Assembly (NCBI GenBank): GCA_043822065.1
Contig: JBDRCC010000001.1
Span: forward strand, 19,332-83,331
Direction: 5' to 3'
Length of the DNA stretch: 64,000 nucleotides
From: an archaeon
Lineage (GTDB): Archaea; Undinarchaeota; CAZHTU01; JBDRCC01
Below the pieces are notes generated by a model, which saw nothing but the letters and a program-made list of their open reading frames with translations, searched no databases and had not been told where the DNA came from. Below are positions 44,742 through 53,868 of the stretch, piece by piece (the stretch's first letter is position 1; each line of letters begins with the position of its first letter). The translations under genes were made by a program, and so were the position numbers.

Positions 44742-45935
44742 ATGTTCAAGCAGAGCCTTAAGCTGATAATATTCGCTGGGATAGCCATGATTTTGAGGTA
44801 CGGCTACAGGATATCGATTTCCAGGGGGATGGGTCTCGAGGCATACGGCAGGGTCGGGGTCGCGATGACGATACTCGACGTGTTCGTGCTGTTTCTCCTC
44901 AGCAGCATCCCGCCCACCATGGCGAAGTTCAGGGCTGAGGGCGGGCTTGTCCTGAAATCCGCGTACAAGTTCATGTACCTCGGGCTCGGCTCGAGCGTTT
45001 TGCTGCTCGCGCTTTCGCCGGTGGTCATGAAGTACATGGAAATCCCTTTCACATATATCCTCATAATCTCTGGCTGCATACTGGTCGGGACGGTAACAGC
45101 GATATTCCGGGGCATAATGCAGGGGACGCACCGGACTGACGAATTTGGGATTTCGCAGATAGTCACTGCTGCAGGGTTTTTCGGGTTCGTGCTCCTTTCA
45201 TTGTACTTAGGGATTGGCGAGATTGGCGCTGTACTGGCGCTCTTCGCCGGCATGTCGCTTCCTGCGTTTTACTTGTACCCCAAGGTAAAGTTGGAGAAGA
45301 GCGACGGCGACCACTTTGGAAAGATGTGGAGGTACCTGGTCCCGATATCTGCGACAAGGATAATCGACGCGTTCGTCCTGAACATAGACCTGCTCATGCT
45401 GAAGATATGGTACCCAGCGACCGTGATAGGCATGTACTCGATTGCCGGGCCGATTGCCGGGCTCCCTATGGTCGCGTTCAGCAGCATTGCGACCGTCCTC
45501 CTCCCGAAGGTTTCCGCGAGCAAGAAGGACGGGAGGATGCTGACCAAGAAGGCGGCGCAGATATCTGTGGTGATAATACTTGGCGTGCTGGTACTCATCC
45601 TGCTGCCGAAGTTCTTCATTAAAATCCTGTTCAACCCGCAGCTGACCGAGCTTGAGTGGGCGCAGACGGTTGCGACGCTCAGGATAATGGCGTTTTCGAC
45701 TGTCTTTATAGGGATATACAAGCTGGTAGCAGCATCACTCCAGGGGATGGGCATGGCAAAGGAGCTGTGCTATTTCACGGTCATGGTGCTTGCAGTGGAG
45801 ATACTTATAGGGGCTGCGGTCATACCTGAGTATGGGATGCTCGGAGCAGCCGGCACGACGCTGGTTGCGTCGGGGGTTGCAGTCACTGGTGCGCTTGCTT
45901 TGCTCAGGCGTAGCGAAATACATAAAAGACATTAG
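44742..45935 (+). CDS. Oligosaccharide flippase (MATE-like/Wzx family)
   Basis: About 12 TM helices; SRGMGLEAYG, NIDLLML...IGMYSIA, IPEYGMLGAA. Confidence 0.82.
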   Translation: MFKQSLKLIIFAGIAMILRYGYRISISRGMGLEAYGRVGVAMTILDVFVLFLLSSIPPTMAKFRAEGGLVLKSAYKFMYLGLGSSVLLLALSPVVMKYMEIPFTYILIISGCILVGTVTAIFRGIMQGTHRTDEFGISQIVTAAGFFGFVLLSLYLGIGEIGAVLALFAGMSLPAFYLYPKVKLEKSDGDHFGKMWRYLVPISATRIIDAFVLNIDLLMLKIWYPATVIGMYSIAGPIAGLPMVAFSSIATVLLPKVSASKKDGRMLTKKAAQISVVIILGVLVLILLPKFFIKILFNPQLTELEWAQTVATLRIMAFSTVFIGIYKLVAASLQGMGMAKELCYFTVMVLAVEILIGAAVIPEYGMLGAAGTTLVASGVAVTGALALLRRSEIHKRH

Positions 45936-45948
45936 CCATAGCTATTAA

Positions 45949-47337
45949 GTGATGAAAGGGCATGTTCTCGTTCTATTGGTTCTGCTCGCGGCAGGAGCCT
46001 TTGCTGAGAGTGATGTATACACCTTAGAGGTCGGGAAGACCGGGCTCCTGTTGGAGGGGCTGAGGATTACCCCTTACGAGATGACGTACAAGTCCCAGTT
46101 CGTGCCGGACACGGTCTACATGAACGTGTACGGGCGGGGCGTGTATGCCAACAGGGCTTTCGCTGCGAATGACTCGCTGGAGGTCGGGAGTATAGTAATC
46201 ACGGCGATGAATGTGACCAGCGACCAGAACAGGGACAATGAGACCATTGTCTTCAAGGCAAGGTCACTCCGCTGCGTGAACTGCGGCGAGTATTTTGATT
46301 CGTATGGAATATGCGGCGACAGGTTATGCTCGCTTTATGAAAACCCGCGGATATGCAAGGCGGACTGCAACGCGACAATCAGCACCAGGAGCGACCTTGT
46401 GGGTATTGGGGAAAGTATCAGCTTCAATGGAGGTAGGATAAGGCACATTCAGATACTCGGCGACCTTCTGCAGGTAAATATAACAAGAAGGAATGGGGAT
46501 ATGAGCACGGACTTGCTAAGGTCTGGCCAGACCCTCGAGTTGGACATGGGGCGCATGACGCTCAACTCGGTGAGCAACGACGGGAAGGTTTCCATTAAGC
46601 TTGAGCCGCTTGTTGACTACTGCGGGAACATAGTCTGCGAAATTGGCGAGGACTTTGACACCTGCCCGCAGGACTGTGACTACATAGAGCGGGTGATGCG
46701 GGCAAACAACACGCTGGAGTTTTCAAGGTATATTGTAAAGTTCCTGAACGCCACGCAGGACGGGGCGGTGATTGAGGTCGAAGAAGGCACCCTTTCCATC
46801 AAGAAGCTGACGCTGAAGGGCGGCGATGAGCAGCTGCTCAAGGGCGCTGCCCTTAGGATGTCTGAGCTCAACACGTCGGCAGGAAACCAGAGCGCGCTTT
46901 TGGTGATAGGGGAGACGCCTGGTGCAACGGACAGCCCCTCTGCACCTAGCCCATCTGGCAAAAAGGACTTTACCGTGACGGTCTTTGCGAATTACATTGA
47001 CTGGGATTTGGGAAACGCGCTGAGAGGTGGGTTGGACGACAAGAACATAGGGTACAACAGGGTCATCCCGGACGACGTCTCAGGGAAAAAGGAGGAGAAG
47101 TACATCGTGGTCCTTGGCGGGCCGGACGCGCCGGACAAGATTGGCACCCTGGTCAGGGAGATTCTGAATTACGAGGAGGAGGAACAGTGCAAGGCTGGGG
47201 TCTACATCCATTACAAGAGGGATATGTGGATAGCCCCGCAGAAGGTCGTCGTGCTGTGCGGGCCGGACAGGTACGGGACGATGAAGGCGGCAAGGGATTA
47301 TATAGGGGGTCTGGTTCAATATCTCAAAGATGGCTGA
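45949..47337 (+). CDS. Secreted cell-surface protein with Cys-rich modules and S-layer-like C-terminal domain
   Basis: Signal peptide; CGDRLC...C..DC and CGNIVCEIGE...CPQDC modules; VVLGGPDA...GPDRYGT. Confidence 0.7.
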   Translation: MMKGHVLVLLVLLAAGAFAESDVYTLEVGKTGLLLEGLRITPYEMTYKSQFVPDTVYMNVYGRGVYANRAFAANDSLEVGSIVITAMNVTSDQNRDNETIVFKARSLRCVNCGEYFDSYGICGDRLCSLYENPRICKADCNATISTRSDLVGIGESISFNGGRIRHIQILGDLLQVNITRRNGDMSTDLLRSGQTLELDMGRMTLNSVSNDGKVSIKLEPLVDYCGNIVCEIGEDFDTCPQDCDYIERVMRANNTLEFSRYIVKFLNATQDGAVIEVEEGTLSIKKLTLKGGDEQLLKGAALRMSELNTSAGNQSALLVIGETPGATDSPSAPSPSGKKDFTVTVFANYIDWDLGNALRGGLDDKNIGYNRVIPDDVSGKKEEKYIVVLGGPDAPDKIGTLVREILNYEEEEQCKAGVYIHYKRDMWIAPQKVVVLCGPDRYGTMKAARDYIGGLVQYLKDG

Positions 47338-48241
47338 AGAGAATATTTTCGTCAAGTCTGGGGATTATGTACTGCCGTTCTCACCCTGGCTTCTGACCCA
47401 GGAGATTATGCCCACGGGGATACACCCGGAGAAGGCGCACACAATTGCAAAGCAGGTCGGCGACCTCCTGAAGGCGGAGGGCAGGCGGTTCGTAAGCCCG
47501 CACGACATAACCGAGCTCATTGAGAAGAGCCTTGATGCGGTCGACCCCAAGCTCCCGGGCAGGTACAAGGTCTGGCACGAGTTCAGGACCAGGCGGGCTA
47601 ATGGGGAGATAAAGACCCCGTTGATTATACTAATTGGCGGTGGGACTGGGACAGGGAAGTCGTCCGTCGCCCTTGAGGTCGCCCACAGGCTATGCATAAG
47701 AAACGTAATAGGCACAGACTACGTCAGGGAGGTTCTGAGGACGCTGTTCTCCGAGACAATCCTGCCGGACATTTACCTGAGCACCTATGACGCATGGGAG
47801 GCGGTCAAGATTCCGATAGCACCGGGCGAGGACAAGGTTGCAGTTGGGTATATAGAGCAAGTCAAGCATGTGAGCGTCGGGATAGATGCCATAATACAGC
47901 GGGCAAGAAAGGAGGGAAAGGACGTCGTAATTGAGGGCATACATATACTCCCTGGCATGTTCAAGTACGAGCGCGACGACCTGTCGATAAGCACGGTCGT
48001 CCTGACGGTAAACAACAAGGACGAGCACAGGCTCAGGATATCCCAAAGGGGGGTGTATTCGTCAAGGGAAAGCACGGAGTACCTGAAGCGGTTTGACAAT
48101 ATACGGAACATCCAGCATTTCATAAATGAGCAGGCGTCCAGCAGGGGCGTGCCGGTTATAGACAACGTCACTTTCGACAAGACGCTTGAGGCGATAATAG
48201 AAAAAACGACTTCAAACGTCACGAAGATACTTGGAAATTAG
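47330..48241 (+). CDS. 2-phosphoglycerate kinase family P-loop protein
   Basis: ATP-cone-like N-terminus, ILIGGGTGTGKSS, GTDYVRE, IEGIHILP. Confidence 0.8.
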   Translation: MAEENIFVKSGDYVLPFSPWLLTQEIMPTGIHPEKAHTIAKQVGDLLKAEGRRFVSPHDITELIEKSLDAVDPKLPGRYKVWHEFRTRRANGEIKTPLIILIGGGTGTGKSSVALEVAHRLCIRNVIGTDYVREVLRTLFSETILPDIYLSTYDAWEAVKIPIAPGEDKVAVGYIEQVKHVSVGIDAIIQRARKEGKDVVIEGIHILPGMFKYERDDLSISTVVLTVNNKDEHRLRISQRGVYSSRESTEYLKRFDNIRNIQHFINEQASSRGVPVIDNVTFDKTLEAIIEKTTSNVTKILGN

Positions 48242-49103
48242 GCTTACTGTTCTTTTGGACGACTGCATAGACGCCGAGGAGTATAAAGAATGCCCCTCCA
48301 AGGGTCAGAGCAGTGGGGACCTCCTTAATGACAAAAAAGGCGAGAAACGTTGCGACTAAAGGCTCTAATGCGGTCACAATGAAAACTTTCTGTGCTTTTA
48401 CCTTCCGGACTCCTTCCATGAACAAGATAAAGGCTATGCCGCATGTGAAGACTCCAAGGTACAGCAAGAACGGAAAATTCATGCTGACGACCTCAATTGA
48501 CTGGTTAATGAGGGAGAATGAAAAGAGCGCAGATATTACAAGATACTGCCAAAATGCAAGATAGTATCCTGAGGCTTTCTTTGAGACCGTCTTGGCTGTG
48601 ATTGCCATAGCGGAATAGAAGATGCCGCTCCCGATACCTGCGAGGACGCCAAGCGTATCTCTCGAGTTGATTGAAAAGTTCGTGGGGTCAAGGATGAGTA
48701 CTATCCCAAAGAGCGTTAGAGTTAAGCCGACTAGCGTCTCCCTCCGTATTTCCTCTTTCAGGATGGAGTTTGCCAGTATTACTGAAAATACGGGAGCGGT
48801 GTAGAGCAGAAAAACTGAGTTTGCGATTGTCGTATTAAGAACTGCGTAGAAGTAGAGGAGTATTGAAAGACCCTGAAAAAGACCTACGAGGAATGTCTTT
48901 GCAGGATAAACGAGCTTTAGCTCCCCCGTTTTCTTCTTTAAGAGTATTATCATCAGAATGAAGAGGACGCCTATTGCTGCCCTAAAGAATAGTATCGAGT
49001 ATGCAGTCATGGACTCTATCATCCTTACGAAGACTCCAACCGACCCTGCCAAGATGGAAAAAACTATGAGCTGGAGGTATCCACTTGGTTCATTGCGCTG
49101 CAT
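48219..49103 (-). CDS. DMT/EamA family transporter
   Basis: About 10 TM helices, LLYTAPVF, LEPLVA. Confidence 0.88.
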   Translation of the reverse strand: MQRNEPSGYLQLIVFSILAGSVGVFVRMIESMTAYSILFFRAAIGVLFILMIILLKKKTGELKLVYPAKTFLVGLFQGLSILLYFYAVLNTTIANSVFLLYTAPVFSVILANSILKEEIRRETLVGLTLTLFGIVLILDPTNFSINSRDTLGVLAGIGSGIFYSAMAITAKTVSKKASGYYLAFWQYLVISALFSFSLINQSIEVVSMNFPFLLYLGVFTCGIAFILFMEGVRKVKAQKVFIVTALEPLVATFLAFFVIKEVPTALTLGGAFFILLGVYAVVQKNSKPNFQVSS

Positions 49104-49155
49104 AGGAATAGTAATTGGAAAACTTATATAAATGGGTTTGAATAAGGAGTAGTCA

Positions 49156-49180
49156 CCCAGAGACTGCTTCGGCAGGAGGG
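49156..49180 (+). promoter_or_regulatory. K-turn hairpin in the rpl1 leader overlapping the SD-like GGAGG
   Basis: CCC-AGA-GA-CTGC-TTCG-GCAG-GA-GGG: C-stem, 3-nt bulge, tandem G.A pairs, UUCG-capped stem. Confidence 0.65.
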
Positions 49181-49186
49181 AGAATT

Positions 49187-49816
49187 TTGGATCTGCAACC
49201 AGCGATTGAAAAAACGCTACAAGGCTCGAAGAAGCGGAAGTTTGTCCAGAGTGTGGATATTCTGATTAGCCTGAAGGATATCGACCTCAAGAAGACAGAA
49301 TCAAAGTTTGTCGAGGAGGTTGTCCTCCCGAACGGGCGCGGCAAGGATCCGAAGATAGGCATATTCGCATCCGCAGAAATGGCGGAGAAGGCAAAGGGCC
49401 TGAATTTAACAATTATACCCGACAGGGACATCGAGAAGCTTGGGAAGGACAAACGACAGGTAAGGAAGATAGTGGGCGGCCACGACTTCTTCATTTCCGA
49501 GCCGGACTTCATGATAAGGATAGGTAAGGCATTCGGCATGGCGATGGGGCCGAAAGGCAAGATGCCGAAGCCGATACCGCCAGGCTCCGACCCGACGATT
49601 TTCTACGAGAGGTTCAGGAGGGCAATCAGGATAAAGCTCAGGGAGCAGCCCATGGTGCAGGCGACGATTGGCATGGAGAACATGGATCCGCAAAAGCTCG
49701 CCCAGAACGCGGACGCAGTACTCTCCGCCGTAAAGCGCAGGATGCCAAACGGCGATGACAACATCAGGGGGGTATTTTTCAAGACCACGATGGGCCAGCT
49801 CGTGAGGGTAGAATGA
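49187..49816 (+). CDS. rpl1: 50S ribosomal protein L1
   Basis: KKRKFVQSVD, LPNGRGK, GPKGKMPKP, KTTMG; TTG start. Confidence 0.95.
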   Translation: MDLQPAIEKTLQGSKKRKFVQSVDILISLKDIDLKKTESKFVEEVVLPNGRGKDPKIGIFASAEMAEKAKGLNLTIIPDRDIEKLGKDKRQVRKIVGGHDFFISEPDFMIRIGKAFGMAMGPKGKMPKPIPPGSDPTIFYERFRRAIRIKLREQPMVQATIGMENMDPQKLAQNADAVLSAVKRRMPNGDDNIRGVFFKTTMGQLVRVE

Positions 49817-50661
49817 CGCCACTGAAAGAGGCGACCATGAGGCGGCTGAAGAGGATTATGGCAGACTACAAGGTAGTCGGCATCCTCAACGTAAAAAACA
49901 TGCCTTCGAGGCAGTTCCAGAAAATAAAGAACAGCATGGACGCCCAGGTCGTAATGAGCAAGAAGAGCCTCATCCAGAGGGCGCTCGAGGGAAGCGACAA
50001 GAAGGGGATAGCTGACCTCATAAAGAACATCGAGGGGCAGCCGGCATTAGTATTCACAAATGACAACCCGTTCAAGCTGTACGCCCAGATAATGAAGAGC
50101 AGGGCGCCGGCAGCCTGCAAGGGCGGCGAGATTGCGCCGAACGACATAACCATAGAGAAGGGCGACACCCCGTTCCTGCCAGGCCCGATGCTCGGGGAGC
50201 TCAAGTCAGCAGGGCTTAGTGTCGCAATAGAGAAGGGCAAGATAGTCGTAAGGGAGACAAAGACAATCGTAAGGACGGGCCAGGTAATAGAGCCGAAGGT
50301 AGCAGGCATACTCAACAAGCTCGGGATTGAGCCGCTCGAGATAGGGCTTGACCTCACCGCAGCATACGAAAACGGCTTCATATTCGGAAAGGGCGTGCTC
50401 GCGATAGACGAGGCTGAGTACTTCAACAACTTCGTCACTGCGCACAGGAACGCATTCGACCTGTCAGTCGGGGCGGGAATCCCGCTCAGGGACAACATTG
50501 AGGTGCTCCTCTCGAAGTGCTACTCAGAGAGCATGGCAGTCGCCAAAGAGGGCGGAGTGATAATCCCGGCAACGGTCGAAGGCATGCTGGGGGCGGCAAA
50601 CGCAATTGCAAGCAGTCTTAATCAACAGTTAAACATTGTAAAGGAGGTACAAAATGGCTGA
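49813..50661 (+). CDS. rpl10: 50S ribosomal protein L10 (P0)
   Basis: [32 protein letters not shown]. Confidence 0.94.
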   Translation: MTPLKEATMRRLKRIMADYKVVGILNVKNMPSRQFQKIKNSMDAQVVMSKKSLIQRALEGSDKKGIADLIKNIEGQPALVFTNDNPFKLYAQIMKSRAPAACKGGEIAPNDITIEKGDTPFLPGPMLGELKSAGLSVAIEKGKIVVRETKTIVRTGQVIEPKVAGILNKLGIEPLEIGLDLTAAYENGFIFGKGVLAIDEAEYFNNFVTAHRNAFDLSVGAGIPLRDNIEVLLSKCYSESMAVAKEGGVIIPATVEGMLGAANAIASSLNQQLNIVKEVQNG

Positions 50662-50998
50662 AGCAGGGAATAAGGGCGGATCTATGGAATACATCTACGC
50701 CGCGATGCTGCTTCACAGCGCCGGCAAGAAAGTTGCAGAAGCCGACGTTGGGAAGGTGCTCGACGCAGCAGGTGTAAAGAAGGACGACTCCATGGTAAAG
50801 GCTCTGGTAGCAGCCCTTGACGGCGTAAACATTGAAGACGCCATAAAGAAGGCCGCAACCGTCCAGGTTGCCGCAGCAGCGCCAGCCGCCGGTGGCGGAG
50901 CAGCTGCAGTGAAAGAAGCTGCCAAAGAGGATACCGCAAAGGAAGACGAGAAGAAAGCCGAAGAAGCAGCGGCAGGTCTTGGAAGTCTGTTTGGTTAG
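50654..50998 (+). CDS. rpl12: 50S ribosomal protein L12 (P1)
   Basis: [11 protein letters not shown], Ala-rich hinge, GLGSLFG C-terminus; start 50654 (AAGGAGG upstream) or 50684. Confidence 0.95.
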   Translation: MAEAGNKGGSMEYIYAAMLLHSAGKKVAEADVGKVLDAAGVKKDDSMVKALVAALDGVNIEDAIKKAATVQVAAAAPAAGGGAAAVKEAAKEDTAKEDEKKAEEAAAGLGSLFG

Positions 50999-51103
50999 AC
51001 CTGACTCATAAGGGATGACGGTCCCGAAGACTCCAGGAACGACAGTTCTAGCGGATAGTATTCTGGGAAAAGCTATAAATGAACAGCTTTTATTGACTGA
51101 GCA

Positions 51104-53860
51104 ATGAAGCTTCCTAGTTACGAGGTTGAACTTTTCAGGCAGAAGGGCTTTGAGAGGAAGAAATGCCCGAAGTGCGAAGAGTATTTTTGGACGCTTGACC
51201 CGAAGAGGGAGACCTGCGGCGATTCGCCGTGCGACGAGTACTCATTCATAGGCAAAGCCCCTGTCTCCAAGAGGAGCCTTGACAAAGCCAGGGAGGAGTA
51301 CATCTCATTCTTCGCCAAGGAGGGGCACACCCCGCTCAAGAGGTACCCGGTGGTGGCAAGGTGGCGGGACGACGTTTATTTCACAATCGCTTCAATCGCA
51401 TGCTTCCAGCCGTGGGTCATTGAGGGCGTTACGGACCCCCCGGCAAACCCGCTTGTAATCAGCCAGCCGTGCATTAGGTTCAACGACATAGACAACGTCG
51501 GAAAGACAGGCAGGCACATGACGCTCTTTGAGATGATGGCGCACCACGCCTTCAACAAGAAGGGCAAGGAAGTGTACTTCAAGGACAGGACCGTGGAGCT
51601 CTGCTACGACTTCCTCTGTGATTTTGGCATAAAGCCGAAGGACATATCATTCAAGGAAGCCTGGTGGGAGGGCGGAGGGAATGCAGGCCCCTGCCTGGAG
51701 ACGCTTACCCACGGGCTCGAGCTTGCGACTCTTGTTTTCATGCAGTTTGTCGGGCCTGTCGACGGAAAATACCAGAACATGGACATGACCGTCGTCGACA
51801 CAGGCTACGGGCTGGAGAGGCTCACCTGGCTTTCGACCGGCGCCCCGACGGCGTATGACGCGGTTTTCGGGGACATAGTCGAAAAGATAAGGGCGCAGTC
51901 CGGAGTCCACAAGCTTGACAAGAAGATAATGTCGGAATATTCAAAGGTCGCAGGGATAATGAACGTCGAGACGTCAAAGGACCTCGAGTCCCTCCGCTCC
52001 CAGGCCGCAAAGAGGGTCGGGATGTCAAAGAAGGACCTCATAGATCACATAGTGCCGTGGGAGAACATCTACTCGATAGCTGACCACAGCAGGGCGGTCT
52101 CAATGATGATTGCGGACGGGGTTGTCCCGTCAAACGTCAGGGACGGGTATTTTGCAAGGCTCCTGATAAGGAGGGCGCTTAGGGCGATGAAGGACATAGG
52201 GCTTTCAATCCCGTTCACGAGCATCGTCACGGACATGGCAAAGAGCATGAAGCACTTCCCCGAGGTTGAGGAATCCCTCAGGACGATAAACAAGATACTT
52301 GAGGTCGAGGACAAGCGGTTCAGGGAGAGCGTGGAGCGCGGCAGAAAGCTTGTAGAGCGGAAAATGGAGGTCATAAAGAAAAGCGGAAAGAATGAGCTTC
52401 CGCTTTCAGACCTGATAGAGCTTTACGACTCGCACGGGCTTCCGCCCGCGGAGGTCAAGGAGTTCGCCAGGGAGGCGGGGCTGACAGAGTTCAAGGTACC
52501 AGATGATTTTTACATAAGGGTAAGCGAGAAGCACTCGAAGGAGCGCAAGGAAGTCGAGGAAAAGAGCACAATGCATAAGCTTGTGGAGAGCCTCAAGCCG
52601 ACGGTACCGCTCTATTACGAGGACCAGTACCTCAAGAGCACCGAGGCGAACGTCCTGAAGATAATAGATGATAAGTTTGTGGTCCTAGACAAGACGATTT
52701 TCTACCCGGAGGGGGGAGGCCAGCCTTCCGACAAGGGGCACATAGGCGGCCAGGAAGTCTTAAGCGCCCAGAAGTATGGGGACGTCATAGTCCATGAGCT
52801 AAAGGAGAAAGCCCGCCTGCCTAAAAAGGTCAAATGTGAGATATTCTGGGACAGGCGCAAGCTGCTCATGCAGGCGCATGACGCGGCCCACATAATAAAC
52901 GGCGTGTGCGTCAATGTCCTTGGCCCGCATGTGTGGCAGACAGGAGCCCAGAAGGGGATAGAAAGCTCGAGGCTTGACATAACGCATTATGACAAGATAC
53001 CGCCGGAGATGCTAACGCGCATAGAGCGCGAGGCAAACAAGATTGTTACCGAGAACCGGCCGATAAAGATAACCTGGATGGGCAGGAACGACGCCGAAGA
53101 AAAGTACGGGTTCCGGCTTTACCAGGGCGGCGCAGTGCCTGGCAACAAGATAAGGGTTGTCGAAATAGATGATATTGAGGCATGCGGCGGGCTGCACGGC
53201 AAATACACCGGCGAGATAGGGCTGGTAAAGATTCTGAAAGCGGACAGGATACAGGACGGCGTAATACGGCTCGAGTTCACTGCCGGCGAATCCGCCCTGC
53301 GGTACATCCAGAAGAACGAGGAGATTATAGACGAGGTCGCAAATTCATTCTCGGTCCCGAGGGAGATGATAGGGGGCACCGCAAAGAGGTTCTTCAAGGA
53401 GTGGATGGAGCGGGGCAAGGAACTGGAAAGCCTTTACTCGGAGCTTGCGACTGCGCGGGCGCTCGACCTGCTTGCAAACGCAAAGAAGCTTGGCAAGTAC
53501 CGGCTGGTGTCCGGAAGCTATAGGAATGCCGATGTAAAGGAGCTTTCGAAGATAGCAGACGAAATAATCCAAAAGCAGCCGGATTCGGCTGCGGTCCTCA
53601 GCGGCTTTGACGAGGATTCTGCAAAGTTCCTCATAGCATTCGGCCCGAGCGCAGTCAAGCTGGGCATGGACGCAAACGAGCTCATGAAGGACGTCTCAAA
53701 AGTCCTCGGGGGCGGAGGCGGCGGAAGCAAGGACAAAGCCACCGGCGGAGGCCCCGTAAACAATCTTGATGCCGCGATGAAAAAGGCGAGCGAGGAGCTT
53801 GTTTCCATGATGAAAGAAAAGAGCCCGACCCTCAAGCTCACGTCTGTTTTCTCAAAATAA
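51104..53860 (+). CDS. alaS: Alanine--tRNA ligase (archaeal type)
   Basis: CPKC zinc knuckle, RYPVVARWR, FEMMAHH, VDTGYGLER, IADH, editing HxxxH and CGGxH, GGGG C-terminus. Confidence 0.96.
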   Translation: MKLPSYEVELFRQKGFERKKCPKCEEYFWTLDPKRETCGDSPCDEYSFIGKAPVSKRSLDKAREEYISFFAKEGHTPLKRYPVVARWRDDVYFTIASIACFQPWVIEGVTDPPANPLVISQPCIRFNDIDNVGKTGRHMTLFEMMAHHAFNKKGKEVYFKDRTVELCYDFLCDFGIKPKDISFKEAWWEGGGNAGPCLETLTHGLELATLVFMQFVGPVDGKYQNMDMTVVDTGYGLERLTWLSTGAPTAYDAVFGDIVEKIRAQSGVHKLDKKIMSEYSKVAGIMNVETSKDLESLRSQAAKRVGMSKKDLIDHIVPWENIYSIADHSRAVSMMIADGVVPSNVRDGYFARLLIRRALRAMKDIGLSIPFTSIVTDMAKSMKHFPEVEESLRTINKILEVEDKRFRESVERGRKLVERKMEVIKKSGKNELPLSDLIELYDSHGLPPAEVKEFAREAGLTEFKVPDDFYIRVSEKHSKERKEVEEKSTMHKLVESLKPTVPLYYEDQYLKSTEANVLKIIDDKFVVLDKTIFYPEGGGQPSDKGHIGGQEVLSAQKYGDVIVHELKEKARLPKKVKCEIFWDRRKLLMQAHDAAHIINGVCVNVLGPHVWQTGAQKGIESSRLDITHYDKIPPEMLTRIEREANKIVTENRPIKITWMGRNDAEEKYGFRLYQGGAVPGNKIRVVEIDDIEACGGLHGKYTGEIGLVKILKADRIQDGVIRLEFTAGESALRYIQKNEEIIDEVANSFSVPREMIGGTAKRFFKEWMERGKELESLYSELATARALDLLANAKKLGKYRLVSGSYRNADVKELSKIADEIIQKQPDSAAVLSGFDEDSAKFLIAFGPSAVKLGMDANELMKDVSKVLGGGGGGSKDKATGGGPVNNLDAAMKKASEELVSMMKEKSPTLKLTSVFSK

Positions 53861-53868
53861 GCAGCGGG

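Noticed and set aside
50999-51103. Short hairpins between rpl12 and alaS as a possible sRNA
   Set aside because: Stems of only 4-5 bp and no complete C/D or H/ACA boxes.
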